Shown here piece by piece: positions 20,759-29,315 of a stretch of 64,000 nucleotides of DNA. Position 1 is the stretch's first letter, and the number at the start of each line of letters is the position of its first letter. The DNA is from Candidatus Levyibacteriota bacterium. GTDB lineage: Bacteria > Patescibacteriota > Microgenomatia > Levybacterales > UBA12049. The notes beneath the pieces are model-generated. The model was not told where the DNA came from and did not search any database. It worked only from the letters and a program-made list of their open reading frames with translations. Location of the stretch: contig DAHWUP010000001.1 of assembly GCA_027334565.1 (NCBI GenBank), forward strand, positions 16,674 to 80,673, read 5' to 3'. The position numbers were made by a program, and so were the translations under genes.

Positions 20759-22278
20759 TTAGTTACCTGATAAACTCTGTAATAGTCATTGGTGTTTCCC
20801 TGTTTTACTTCAAAAATTAATTTAAGTGTCGGATAACCGGCAGGTAAAATTCTATGTTGGGGCTGGTAAAAAATAAAGTAAGTCGGCATGATTTTTGCCA
20901 TAGCCGATACTTCTTTGGGGAAAACGTCGACCGGCCAATAACCTTTTATAGTAATGTTTTTGTTCTGAACAAGGTAAAGCTCCATCGACTCGGGCATGAG
21001 GCCGAAAGTGCCTTCGGTTGCAATGAATATTTTATGATTTTGCGCCTGTTGCCTGAAAAACGCCACACTTTCTTTTACCCCCCATCCTGCCGCCCAACCG
21101 TCGATATACTGACTTTTATCCCTGTCGGCAATATGTGAATGGGTGGGATCGTTGGCGTACTGCAGCGAGATAAAACCGGGATATGCTACAAAAATTAGCG
21201 TAAGAACAATAAGGTATGCCAACTTCGGAAGGCCGAGTTTCAATCTTTTTTCGACAAAAGATATCAGGTATTCAAGTCCCCAGGCCGCAAGCGGAAGAAG
21301 CATCAAGCTCATTAAAAAAATAAAACGCGGATAAATGAGCCTTCCAAAAAGCGCCAAAGCCAGAAAGGGCAAAAGGAAAAAGATGATTAAAAGAAGTTTT
21401 TCTCTGAAAAATCTACCGATAAAAAATACTGCTATCAAGATCAAAACGATGTAGGAAAATGTCAGATATTGCAAAAGCCAGCTCGTCAAACCGCTTAGGT
21501 TACTGAATAAATAGGTAAAAGGGTGCGTAATCCATTGCGATACGGGGTAAACAAAAGTGGCGTCTTTGGCATCTATCATCGAATAAAGCGGAGATAGTCT
21601 TAAAATAGAATAAAGTCCGTAGGCGATAGCCGAAGAAAACCCGGCCAAGACGATATATCTTAATAACTTATTCCACATCCCTTTTTGCTTAAAATCGAAA
21701 ATAACCAGCAAAAAAGGCAAAAGGTACAGGCTGAAAAAATTTGAACTCTTGGTCAAGACTCCTGCGCCGATTACAAACCCTAAAGTGTACGAAACGTCCA
21801 ACCTTAATTTCCTGACCAGAAGGATTGAAAAATATAACCCCCAGACATAAAAAGTTGCCACCATGCTGTCATAAATCGCCATCCTGTCCAAAACTTGGGC
21901 AAAAGGATAAAAAATATAAAGCAGGGATGCCAAAAATGCGGTTGTTTTATTCTTAAATAGCTCATAGGTTAAAACGAACAGCCCGAGCATCGTCACAAAA
22001 CCGGTCAGAACGGAAACCAGTCTTCCGGCTACCAGAGGATCGTTTATGAATTTGATAAAAATCATCGCCACCCAAACGAACATCGGCTGTTTTCCGTCGG
22101 TCAAAGAAATGAATCTCCATGAAGAATCGCGCAGCGCTATTTGTGCCCACCTTAAATAAATCGCCTCATCGGTAAAAATAGGCAGGCTGGTAAGAAAAAC
22201 TAGCCGGAGAAAAAAATAAAATAAGGATAGAATTACGAATCCGGTTATTTCCCGTTTATACTTTGAAAGGAGTTTCAT
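20755..22278 (-). CDS. GT-C glycosyltransferase (ArnT/PMT-like)
   Basis: FTDEAIY, DGKQP, GRLVS, DRMAIYD, LTK; many TMs. Confidence 0.85.
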   Translation of the reverse strand: MKLLSKYKREITGFVILSLFYFFLRLVFLTSLPIFTDEAIYLRWAQIALRDSSWRFISLTDGKQPMFVWVAMIFIKFINDPLVAGRLVSVLTGFVTMLGLFVLTYELFKNKTTAFLASLLYIFYPFAQVLDRMAIYDSMVATFYVWGLYFSILLVRKLRLDVSYTLGFVIGAGVLTKSSNFFSLYLLPFLLVIFDFKQKGMWNKLLRYIVLAGFSSAIAYGLYSILRLSPLYSMIDAKDATFVYPVSQWITHPFTYLFSNLSGLTSWLLQYLTFSYIVLILIAVFFIGRFFREKLLLIIFFLLPFLALALFGRLIYPRFIFLMSLMLLPLAAWGLEYLISFVEKRLKLGLPKLAYLIVLTLIFVAYPGFISLQYANDPTHSHIADRDKSQYIDGWAAGWGVKESVAFFRQQAQNHKIFIATEGTFGLMPESMELYLVQNKNITIKGYWPVDVFPKEVSAMAKIMPTYFIFYQPQHRILPAGYPTLKLIFEVKQGNTNDYYRVYQVTK

Positions 22279-22309
22279 ACACAGATTATAGTTGAACTAA
22301 AGAAGCTAA

Positions 22310-23491
22310 TCAACGCTTTTGCAGTAACCTTTTTGAATACAGTATTATTAGCGGTAAAACAAATGTAGCCGCCAAGCCGATCGATTCAAACCGGAATAGT
22401 ACCCCGGGATACCCTTTGGCGTAATCGGTCATATAAACATAAGGGATGTAGACAGCTGCGGCAAAAATCGATGCAAAAAACGAAGTCACAAAAATGTATG
22501 ACTTCTTGGAGGTGAATGCCGCCATCGACAGGGGAAATATCAGATACCATGGCTGAAATGTAGTTCTTAGAGTTGCAATCAAAACGGTTAAAAGCGAGAG
22601 GCAGACAGCGGCGGTGAAAAATTTCTCCCAGCTTATTTTTCCTCCCCTCCTTAAGAAAAACTCCAGGATAAAAAATAGGGGCAATAATATCCCTGTTGAA
22701 AATTTGATGCCGATGGAAAAAATATTGCTAATCCATGATAACGCTGTTTTCTTTTGTAAAATAAGATAAATCGATAACAAAATGAAAAAAATCATCGGAA
22801 TGTCGTTATGCGCGGAAATTAACGATTCGATTAGAACCAGGGGGTTAAAAGCAAAAAATACGGTATTGAAAATTTTATGTTCAGGAAAGATCATTTCCGA
22901 AATTTTATAAATTAAATAACAACTGCCCAAAAAAGATAGTCCCATTAATAATTTAAAAAGGAAAAAGGTCGGAAGGAATATGCCGAGGCCTAAAAAAGAC
23001 AAAGGTACCGTTAAAATGAGCCAACTCGGTCCGTAGGGATAAGTTCTGTGCGTCCAACGCATGAAATTAAGCATCGGATCATTAAAAAAATTTCCGGCCG
23101 AATGGAGATACGGATTCTGCTGGTAATGAGTGATTATCCTGGCGTCGAAAATATAATTGAACAGATCGTAAGAAAAAGCGTTATAAGAAAACACCAAGGT
23201 CACAAAGCTTAAAACCGTAAGTATTTTTAGATTTCTAAGAGAAAGCTTACCATTTTTCGCAAGATTTAGAAAAACAAAATAAAAAATGAATAAGAATGTT
23301 AACAAGACCAAAAGGATCAGGGTTGATAACGGCCGTTGGAAAAATCCGATGTATTGCAACGCTTTTTCGGCGGTTTGGTAGACCGATATTTTCGAAAGCG
23401 TAAGATTTAAGTCTACCTGGGTGAACGAATAAACAAAAAAAGTTATCAGCAATAAAACGTAAGAGGAAAAAAGCAGTTTCAACTTACTCAT
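22310..23491 (-). CDS. GT-C mannosyltransferase-like protein (MptA/MptB/GT87-like)
   Basis: SYDLFNY, NPY, YPYGP, FAFNPL, AHND, IK, QPWY motifs. Confidence 0.8.
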   Translation of the reverse strand: MSKLKLLFSSYVLLLITFFVYSFTQVDLNLTLSKISVYQTAEKALQYIGFFQRPLSTLILLVLLTFLFIFYFVFLNLAKNGKLSLRNLKILTVLSFVTLVFSYNAFSYDLFNYIFDARIITHYQQNPYLHSAGNFFNDPMLNFMRWTHRTYPYGPSWLILTVPLSFLGLGIFLPTFFLFKLLMGLSFLGSCYLIYKISEMIFPEHKIFNTVFFAFNPLVLIESLISAHNDIPMIFFILLSIYLILQKKTALSWISNIFSIGIKFSTGILLPLFFILEFFLRRGGKISWEKFFTAAVCLSLLTVLIATLRTTFQPWYLIFPLSMAAFTSKKSYIFVTSFFASIFAAAVYIPYVYMTDYAKGYPGVLFRFESIGLAATFVLPLIILYSKRLLQKR

Positions 23492-24246
23492 AGATTTTTA
23501 TATTTCCCTGTCAAATCGTTTATCCTGATACTAAATAAATCCTCCAAGCCTTCGAGCGAATCTTTTATCGGACTTACCCTTCTTGACTCTACGTATAGCC
23601 ATTCTACCGGGACCTCCTTGATCTTATAGCCGCTTTTTTGCGCCAACAACAGCAATTCGACGTCAAACCCTGCCTTTACCGAGGAGCCGGAAATGGTTTT
23701 ATACCCGTGATGTAATTTGGATAACCTCGAAAATAAATCGTCCGAGACGTCTTTCTTAAAAAGCTTGAAACCGCATTGGGTATCGGTGATCCCCGGCAAA
23801 CCGACAACGAGCTTTCTTAGAATTATCATCCCTTTTCCCATTAATGCTCTGGTCCAAGGCGCCCCCTCGCGATGGGAGTTTCGGCTGCCGATCACGATAT
23901 CAAAATCTTTAAGGTACGGTAACAGCCTATCTATCTCCTCGATCGGTGTAGCCTGGTCCATATCTGCAAAAAGAACATTTTGTCCTTTGGCCTTAAGCAT
24001 TCCAGCCGATATCGCTCCGGCTTTACCAGTATGGGAATTTTTAAAAAGTCTGAAATCGGGATTCTCTTTTGCGAATCTCTCAACGAATTCGATGCTCCCG
24101 TCGGTTGAGCCGTCGTCGACAACAATCACTTCATAAGCGAATTTCCGCTTATTGAGAAAATGTTGGACCTTATCCAAAACTCCCTTGTGGAGGTTGGCGA
24201 TTTCATTGTAAGACGGGATTACAATTGAAAGGTATGGCGGTTTCAC
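23488..24246 (-). CDS. GT2, dolichyl/polyprenol-phosphate glucosyltransferase-like (Alg5-like)
   Basis: SIVIPSYNE, VDDGSTD, GKAGAI, DMD, TDTQCGFKLF, FDVELL. GTG start at 24246 lies 6 nt after TATAAT. Confidence 0.85.
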   Translation of the reverse strand: MKPPYLSIVIPSYNEIANLHKGVLDKVQHFLNKRKFAYEVIVVDDGSTDGSIEFVERFAKENPDFRLFKNSHTGKAGAISAGMLKAKGQNVLFADMDQATPIEEIDRLLPYLKDFDIVIGSRNSHREGAPWTRALMGKGMIILRKLVVGLPGITDTQCGFKLFKKDVSDDLFSRLSKLHHGYKTISGSSVKAGFDVELLLLAQKSGYKIKEVPVEWLYVESRRVSPIKDSLEGLEDLFSIRINDLTGKYKNL

Positions 24247-24332
24247 AAATTGATTATACAAGAAATAAAACGTTCAAACAATTCAACGTTGACTTAAAAA
24301 AAAACGATATGGTATTATCTTTTTCTATTGCT

Positions 24333-24725
24333 ATGGGGTTAAAAGAATCACTTGCTCCAAATACACCGGAAAAAACAATGATTACCGCTTTTATGGGTGA
24401 GATGTTGGTCGACACAATTATGACAAACGTTGATTTAACAGATTTCCACGGACAGGAAGTGAACATCCTCGGCGGCATGGAAATGGTTAATCATTTGGGT
24501 CTTGAAGATACTTCGATCATAAAATTGTTCATAGCTTCGGTAGTTGTCACCACTTATGCGGCTGCCGCCATGCACCCCAAGGATATAAAACTCTATAAAT
24601 CGAATATCAGGTTATATGAAGCAACCCAAAAGGCAATGGATGGTGCTTTAATTTTTATGGGTGCGGCGTTATCAGTAGATGCCAACTCTCTTGCAATGCA
24701 GATTATTTCGCACCTAAGATTTTAA
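24333..24725 (+). CDS. Hypothetical protein
   Basis: ORF fills the gap between divergent and convergent genes. TTGACT-18-TATTAT at 24289-24318 suggests a start at ATG 24333. No recognised motif. Confidence 0.5.
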   Translation: MGLKESLAPNTPEKTMITAFMGEMLVDTIMTNVDLTDFHGQEVNILGGMEMVNHLGLEDTSIIKLFIASVVVTTYAAAAMHPKDIKLYKSNIRLYEATQKAMDGALIFMGAALSVDANSLAMQIISHLRF

Positions 24726-24726
24726 G

Positions 24727-26253
24727 CTACATCATCCCTTCCGAAGGTATTTCTTTAGCACCAATAGCTTTGGATGTTGGACGCAGAAAAAGTGCGGAAA
24801 AGGCACCAATTAACATAATGACGGATGAAGCTAAGAAAACCGTACTAAAAGATACCAGATTGGCCTTCATCCCCATGAGAAATGCTACTTTCTGAAGAAC
24901 AGTCGGGTCAAAGGTATTGATCACCGTGTATTTTTGGACGGCAAAAATCGCCGAATTCGCACTGTCGGTAAGTATGGTTGCAAAGATGGCGATTCCGAAC
25001 GCTCCGGCAATGTTTCTAAACAACGCTAAAACCGAAGAAGCTACTCCTATCTCTTGCATCGGCACCTGCGAAATTGCGGCATTTGTAAGCGGAGCAAAAG
25101 TGAGCCCAAGTCCTATCGCCAAAGCAAAAAGCATAACCGCAAAGTGCGTGAACGACCAGGTAAAGTCGATGCCGGAAAATAGGAACAATACCAATGAAGC
25201 CCAGGCCAATCCCGTGGCCACCACATACCTTGGCTGGAACTTAATCGAAAGCCTTGCGCCGATTTGTGCCGCAGGAAGCATTCCCAATGCCATAGGAATA
25301 AAAAGGTAACCGGTCTGTGTTACCGAATACTGCAAATAATCCTGAACGAATATGGGAAGCAAAAATAAACCGCCGATAAGTCCCATAAAAGTGATGAAAG
25401 AAGCGATCATGGAAATTGTGAATTCGGGAATTTTAAAAAACTTAAGGTCGACCACCGGCTCAACCTGTCTTTGTTCGGTAAATATAAAAAGAACGAAGGA
25501 GATAACGGAAACCGCAAAAGTTCCGACGGTCTTAAGGCTTGTCCACCCCCAACTCTGGCCCTGATCCAAACCCAATACCAAAGACCCAAGCGCGATTCCC
25601 AAAATTATCGAACCCCAGACGTCGAAGTTTTTTAGACCCTTTATTTTTTGAACCGGTTCCTGAATATACTTCCAGGCCATGAAAGTAGCTATAATCCCGA
25701 AAGGTACGTTAATATAAAATACCGACCTCCAGGAAAAAACATCAATCAAAGGCCCTCCTACAAGTGGTCCGAAAACCGCCGCCACCCCGAAAACCGCCGA
25801 CCAAAGACCCATTGCCTGGGCCCTTCTGGCATTATCCCTGAATGTAAAAGCGATGATGGAAAGCGCCAACGGATAATCAATGGAAACCGTAATCGCCTGC
25901 AGGATTCTGAAAAAAATCATCTGGGAAAGATTGTTTGAAAGCCCGGCGAAAACGGATGTAATGACAAATCCGATTATTCCAAAAAGATACAAAGGTTTTC
26001 TTCCCATCAGATCTCCGAGCTTGCCGAAAACCGGTACGAAAATCGCGTTAGCTATAATATAAGCGGTTGAAATCCAGCTGGCTTGTGAAACGGTAATCCC
26101 GAAATCCGAAATCATTTTTGGCAGTGCCAGATTAACCACGGTTCCGTCCAATCGGCCCAAAAAACTTGCCATCATGACGGTAATCAGGATAATCCATTCG
26201 TGCGGATGAAAACCGCCTCGGGGCGGTTTCTTGGTGTCATGTTTTTTTTCCAT
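24727..26253 (-). CDS. MFS DHA2 (EmrB/QacA) efflux transporter
   Basis: LDGTVVNLALP, GKLGDLMGRK, GPLVGG..WRSVFYINVP, EPVVDL; 14-TM length. Confidence 0.92.
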   Translation of the reverse strand: MEKKHDTKKPPRGGFHPHEWIILITVMMASFLGRLDGTVVNLALPKMISDFGITVSQASWISTAYIIANAIFVPVFGKLGDLMGRKPLYLFGIIGFVITSVFAGLSNNLSQMIFFRILQAITVSIDYPLALSIIAFTFRDNARRAQAMGLWSAVFGVAAVFGPLVGGPLIDVFSWRSVFYINVPFGIIATFMAWKYIQEPVQKIKGLKNFDVWGSIILGIALGSLVLGLDQGQSWGWTSLKTVGTFAVSVISFVLFIFTEQRQVEPVVDLKFFKIPEFTISMIASFITFMGLIGGLFLLPIFVQDYLQYSVTQTGYLFIPMALGMLPAAQIGARLSIKFQPRYVVATGLAWASLVLFLFSGIDFTWSFTHFAVMLFALAIGLGLTFAPLTNAAISQVPMQEIGVASSVLALFRNIAGAFGIAIFATILTDSANSAIFAVQKYTVINTFDPTVLQKVAFLMGMKANLVSFSTVFLASSVIMLIGAFSALFLRPTSKAIGAKEIPSEGMM

Positions 26254-26258
26254 ATTAT

Positions 26259-26897
26259 TTAAGGAGTTTTGGTGTAGACCGTCATTTTGGCGGACATGCC
26301 GTTAAGAATCTGCGGATATTTGTAGGCGTCAAAATTTGCATATACCACAAACTGTTGGGTCGGTCTTTCGCTTGATACGGTAAACTGTAAGGCGGTAGTT
26401 TTTGCCGTAGGACTTATTTCATCGACATATCCCCAGAAGATTTGTCCAGGCAAAGCATCGACGGTAAAAGATACCGCCTGACCGACTTTAATCTCATTTA
26501 ATCCCTTATTCTCGTCAATGGTCCCGGCAACCTGCATATTAGTTAAATTGATCATTTCAACCACCGGAGTTTGTGCGGTAGCGATGCTTCCGATCTCGTT
26601 ATCCGTTGAAACGATTATGCCGTCCTGGTAAGCATTTAAGGTGCTGGTGCCGACAGTTGCCAGCGCCTGTCCCTTGGTCACCATTTCGCCGTCGTGGACG
26701 TTAATCGCCATAATCTTTCCGGCGGTGGTTGGTGAAATGGATGTTATCGGTGCCTGAATCAGCGAGTCTTCGATACTAACTCTGTTGGAAAGCAGCTGGT
26801 AACCGATGAAACCTCCAATGATCAGAATGGCCAATAGTCCGAACAAAAGGATTCTGAGTATCTTAGGTTGTCTTATCTTAGCGATAAAATTTTTCAT
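26259..26897 (-). CDS. Short HlyD/EmrA-like membrane fusion protein lacking the alpha-hairpin
   Basis: N-terminal TM, lipoyl halves (GKIMAINVHDGEMVTKGQ / AYQDGII) almost directly joined, IKVGQAVSFTVDA, GMSA. Confidence 0.8.
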   Translation of the reverse strand: MKNFIAKIRQPKILRILLFGLLAILIIGGFIGYQLLSNRVSIEDSLIQAPITSISPTTAGKIMAINVHDGEMVTKGQALATVGTSTLNAYQDGIIVSTDNEIGSIATAQTPVVEMINLTNMQVAGTIDENKGLNEIKVGQAVSFTVDALPGQIFWGYVDEISPTAKTTALQFTVSSERPTQQFVVYANFDAYKYPQILNGMSAKMTVYTKTP

Positions 26898-28009
26898 AGT
26901 ATCGAATAAAGCTTTGTTAAAATTGACTGAGAATTGGTAATTACTTTATCGTTGTCCGAAAGTCCTCCCATGATCTCCGTTTCTCCGTCAAACGTAGTAC
27001 CTACCCGAACGTTTTTTAAAACCGGTTTTCCGTCGGATAAAACCCAGACCTTAGAATCGGAAAGAACGGTCCAGGATGGAACCAAAATGACTTTTTGATT
27101 GAAATTGCTTTTAATAAGTACCGTACCTGTTTGTCCGAATTTCAGATCGGTAGGAAGTTTATTAATTTTAATATCCACCTCATAGACGCTTTCGCCGTTT
27201 GCGTCGGTTGTCTGCTGCGGATAAATCCTGTCGACTATTCCGGTTAAGATTTGCCCGTTTGCTCCGTTCAAAACCACGTTTGCGCTGTTGCCAACACTTA
27301 TAAAATTTATATCCTGTTGTCTGACATTGGCCCTAAAAACCATAGAATTCGGGTCGGCGACCACAAATGAGGTCAGGGGCGTGATGTTGACTCCGGGTGT
27401 TGTCACGTCCTCGTGCAAGATAATTCCGTTTATGGGAGAAGTTAAACCGGCAAGGCTTAGGGCATAACCGGCAAGATTGACATTTATCTGCGCAGTGTTT
27501 TGAGTTAAAAGCGCATCGTCGACGATCCTTTGCACATTATCGTAGACAACCGTGTTCTCGGTGATATTTGAATAATTATTAATCTTATTTGTCGTGTCCA
27601 AAGCGGTCCTTTGCTGACTTTCGTAGTATCCTGTGCCCAGTTGCTCCTGTGTTTGGCTTGTACTGTTCTTGGTAATTTCATAATTATTTGCGGCGATTTG
27701 TAATTGTTCCTGTAATGATGTGGTATCCAATGAAGCTATCGTTTCTCCCTGATAAACCTTGTCACCTTCTTTTAAAGGTAAGTAAGTTAGTTTTCCGCCG
27801 ATCTGAAAAGTAAGTGCCGCTTGGGTCTGCGCCGTCAACGACCCATCCGCTTGTATGACATCCCCTACTACCTTAAGATCTGCTGTTTGAGTTTTAGGCA
27901 AGGTTTGGGCATTTGCCAAAAAAGTAATTACAAAAATACCGACCACGGATACGACCACGGTCACCAGCAGGTTTTTAAGATTTCTTTTGTTAAATATTTT
28001 ATTCTTCAT
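26894..28009 (-). CDS. Efflux periplasmic adaptor (HlyD family)
   Basis: LTFQIGGKL..LKEGDKV, LTSPINGII, EIMGGLSDNDKVI. Confidence 0.85.
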   Translation of the reverse strand: MKNKIFNKRNLKNLLVTVVVSVVGIFVITFLANAQTLPKTQTADLKVVGDVIQADGSLTAQTQAALTFQIGGKLTYLPLKEGDKVYQGETIASLDTTSLQEQLQIAANNYEITKNSTSQTQEQLGTGYYESQQRTALDTTNKINNYSNITENTVVYDNVQRIVDDALLTQNTAQINVNLAGYALSLAGLTSPINGIILHEDVTTPGVNITPLTSFVVADPNSMVFRANVRQQDINFISVGNSANVVLNGANGQILTGIVDRIYPQQTTDANGESVYEVDIKINKLPTDLKFGQTGTVLIKSNFNQKVILVPSWTVLSDSKVWVLSDGKPVLKNVRVGTTFDGETEIMGGLSDNDKVITNSQSILTKLYSIL

Positions 28010-28436
28010 AGTTTTCGGCCTTTTGAGTTATTGTTTGCAAAATCCTCAAAAGGTCTCTCTTGTCATGCTCCGAAAGAAAAGACAATATTTTATTAATTTT
28101 GCTCTCTTTCTGTCTTGTAACGGCTTTTAACATTTGTTCTCCGTGGCCGGTAAGAGAAATCCTGACGATTCTTCTGTCTCTTCTATCATTTCGTCTTCGA
28201 ACCAGTTTTGCAAGAATCAGTTTATCAACCAGGGAAGTTGCTGTCGGCATTGTGGTTGAAAAATGCTTTGCAAGTTCATGCATGTGCGTATCCCTGCTTT
28301 TTTTGATACACCATAAAGCCTCGAGTTGATGCAACGTAACTTGTTGTTCTTTTTCAGCCAGGGGCATCGAATGTTTCATAACCCTCATCACTTTAGACAT
28401 TTCATCTATAATTTCCCGATTTAGTTCGCCATTCAT
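27999..28436 (-). CDS. MarR family transcriptional regulator
   Basis: ELA..TATSLVDKL..LVRRRND.RDRRIVRISLT..G winged-HTH. Confidence 0.92.
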   Translation of the reverse strand: MNGELNREIIDEMSKVMRVMKHSMPLAEKEQQVTLHQLEALWCIKKSRDTHMHELAKHFSTTMPTATSLVDKLILAKLVRRRNDRRDRRIVRISLTGHGEQMLKAVTRQKESKINKILSFLSEHDKRDLLRILQTITQKAENYEE

Positions 28437-28451
28437 ATAATTTGAAGTACT

Positions 28452-28491
28452 AATTGTTAGATAGTATAACTAATTTTACAACGAATGTCAA
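28452..28491 (-). promoter_or_regulatory. marR operon promoter with overlapping palindromic operator
   Basis: TTGACA (28491-28486), 17 bp, TATACT (28468-28463). Inverted repeat GTTA-N7-TAAC (28456-28470) flanked by AATT overlaps the -10. Confidence 0.7.
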
Positions 28492-28536
28492 GCCAAATAA
28501 ATTTTATATTGGATTCTTTGATATAATATAACCATT

Positions 28537-28610
28537 GCCGCCATCGTCTAGTGGCCTAGGACGCCAGGTTCTCATCCTGGAAATCGTGGGTTCAACTCCC
28601 ACTGGCGGTA
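28537..28610 (+). tRNA. tRNA-Glu (anticodon CTC); CCA not encoded
   Basis: Cloverleaf: acceptor GCCGCCA/TGGCGGT, D-arm GTC..GAC, anticodon stem CCAGG/CCTGG with loop TTCTCAT, T-arm GTGGG-TTCAACT-CCCAC. TATAAT at 28522. Confidence 0.95.
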
Positions 28611-28654
28611 CCTAGATTCATATCCGGGGTAGAAACCCGGAAGAAAAACTATGA

Positions 28655-29233
28655 TCAATGATAATCGTAAGGGCCGACAATAACGTTTTTCTCCGCCCTA
28701 CCCAATTCGTCGGTATCCATTCCGTATCCCTGAACCCAGATATTGGGAATCGTAAAACCGGTATAGGTCGGATTAAAATCAACCTCTCTTCTTGCGGGCT
28801 TATCTAAAAGCGTAAGTGTTTCAACGCTTGAAGCGCCCCTTGAACGCGTGAGTTGGTCTACAACCTGAAGCGTTCTGTCGGTATCCGAGACATCGTCAAC
28901 GATAAGAACATGCCTATCCAAGGGGTTTAAATCCATATCCTGGATGATCCTTGGCTCCGAAACAGCCTGGGTTCCGGTCGGATAACTTCTGATAGTTATA
29001 AAACTTAATTCAAGATCCGTCAGTCCCTTATCGTGAAGCATCCCTGCAAGGTCTGCGGTTATTCGGAATGCTCCCTTTAATACTCCCAGAACCAACAGTT
29101 TATCCCCTTTGTATTTTTTGGCGATTTCTTCTGACATTTCTTCTAACCTTTCCTGTATTTGCTCATGGGATATCAACACTTCGCCGGGTAAATATTGTTC
29201 GGGTGATCTAAAGCGCGGGGATTCTGTTAACAT
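28655..29233 (-). CDS. hpt: Hypoxanthine phosphoribosyltransferase
   Basis: VLKGA, PRPP motif VLIVDDVSDTDRTL, LLDKPARR, WVQGYGMD. Confidence 0.8.
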   Translation of the reverse strand: MLTESPRFRSPEQYLPGEVLISHEQIQERLEEMSEEIAKKYKGDKLLVLGVLKGAFRITADLAGMLHDKGLTDLELSFITIRSYPTGTQAVSEPRIIQDMDLNPLDRHVLIVDDVSDTDRTLQVVDQLTRSRGASSVETLTLLDKPARREVDFNPTYTGFTIPNIWVQGYGMDTDELGRAEKNVIVGPYDYH

Positions 29234-29242
29234 TATTTAGGC

Positions 29243-29271
29243 ATTATATTTTTATATATTTTTTCTGTCAA
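29243..29271 (-). promoter_or_regulatory. Consensus sigma70 promoter of hpt
   Basis: TTGACA-17 bp-TATAAT, 9 nt before ATG. Confidence 0.8.
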
Positions 29272-29315
29272 GACCATAAATCGAAATATGACAAAATCCG
29301 GCATGGCGTTAGTTT

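Noticed and set aside
24225-24332. Overlapping divergent starts of ORFs 24225(+) and 24261(-)
   Set aside because: Promoter positions favour starts at 24333 and 24246, which removes the overlap.
28537-28610. tRNA as the integration site of a genomic island
   Set aside because: No integrase, and no duplicated tRNA 3' end was noticed in the window.
28623-28641. Hairpin TCCGGG/CCCGGA between the tRNA and hpt as a terminator
   Set aside because: No U-tract follows it on either strand; too weak to call.
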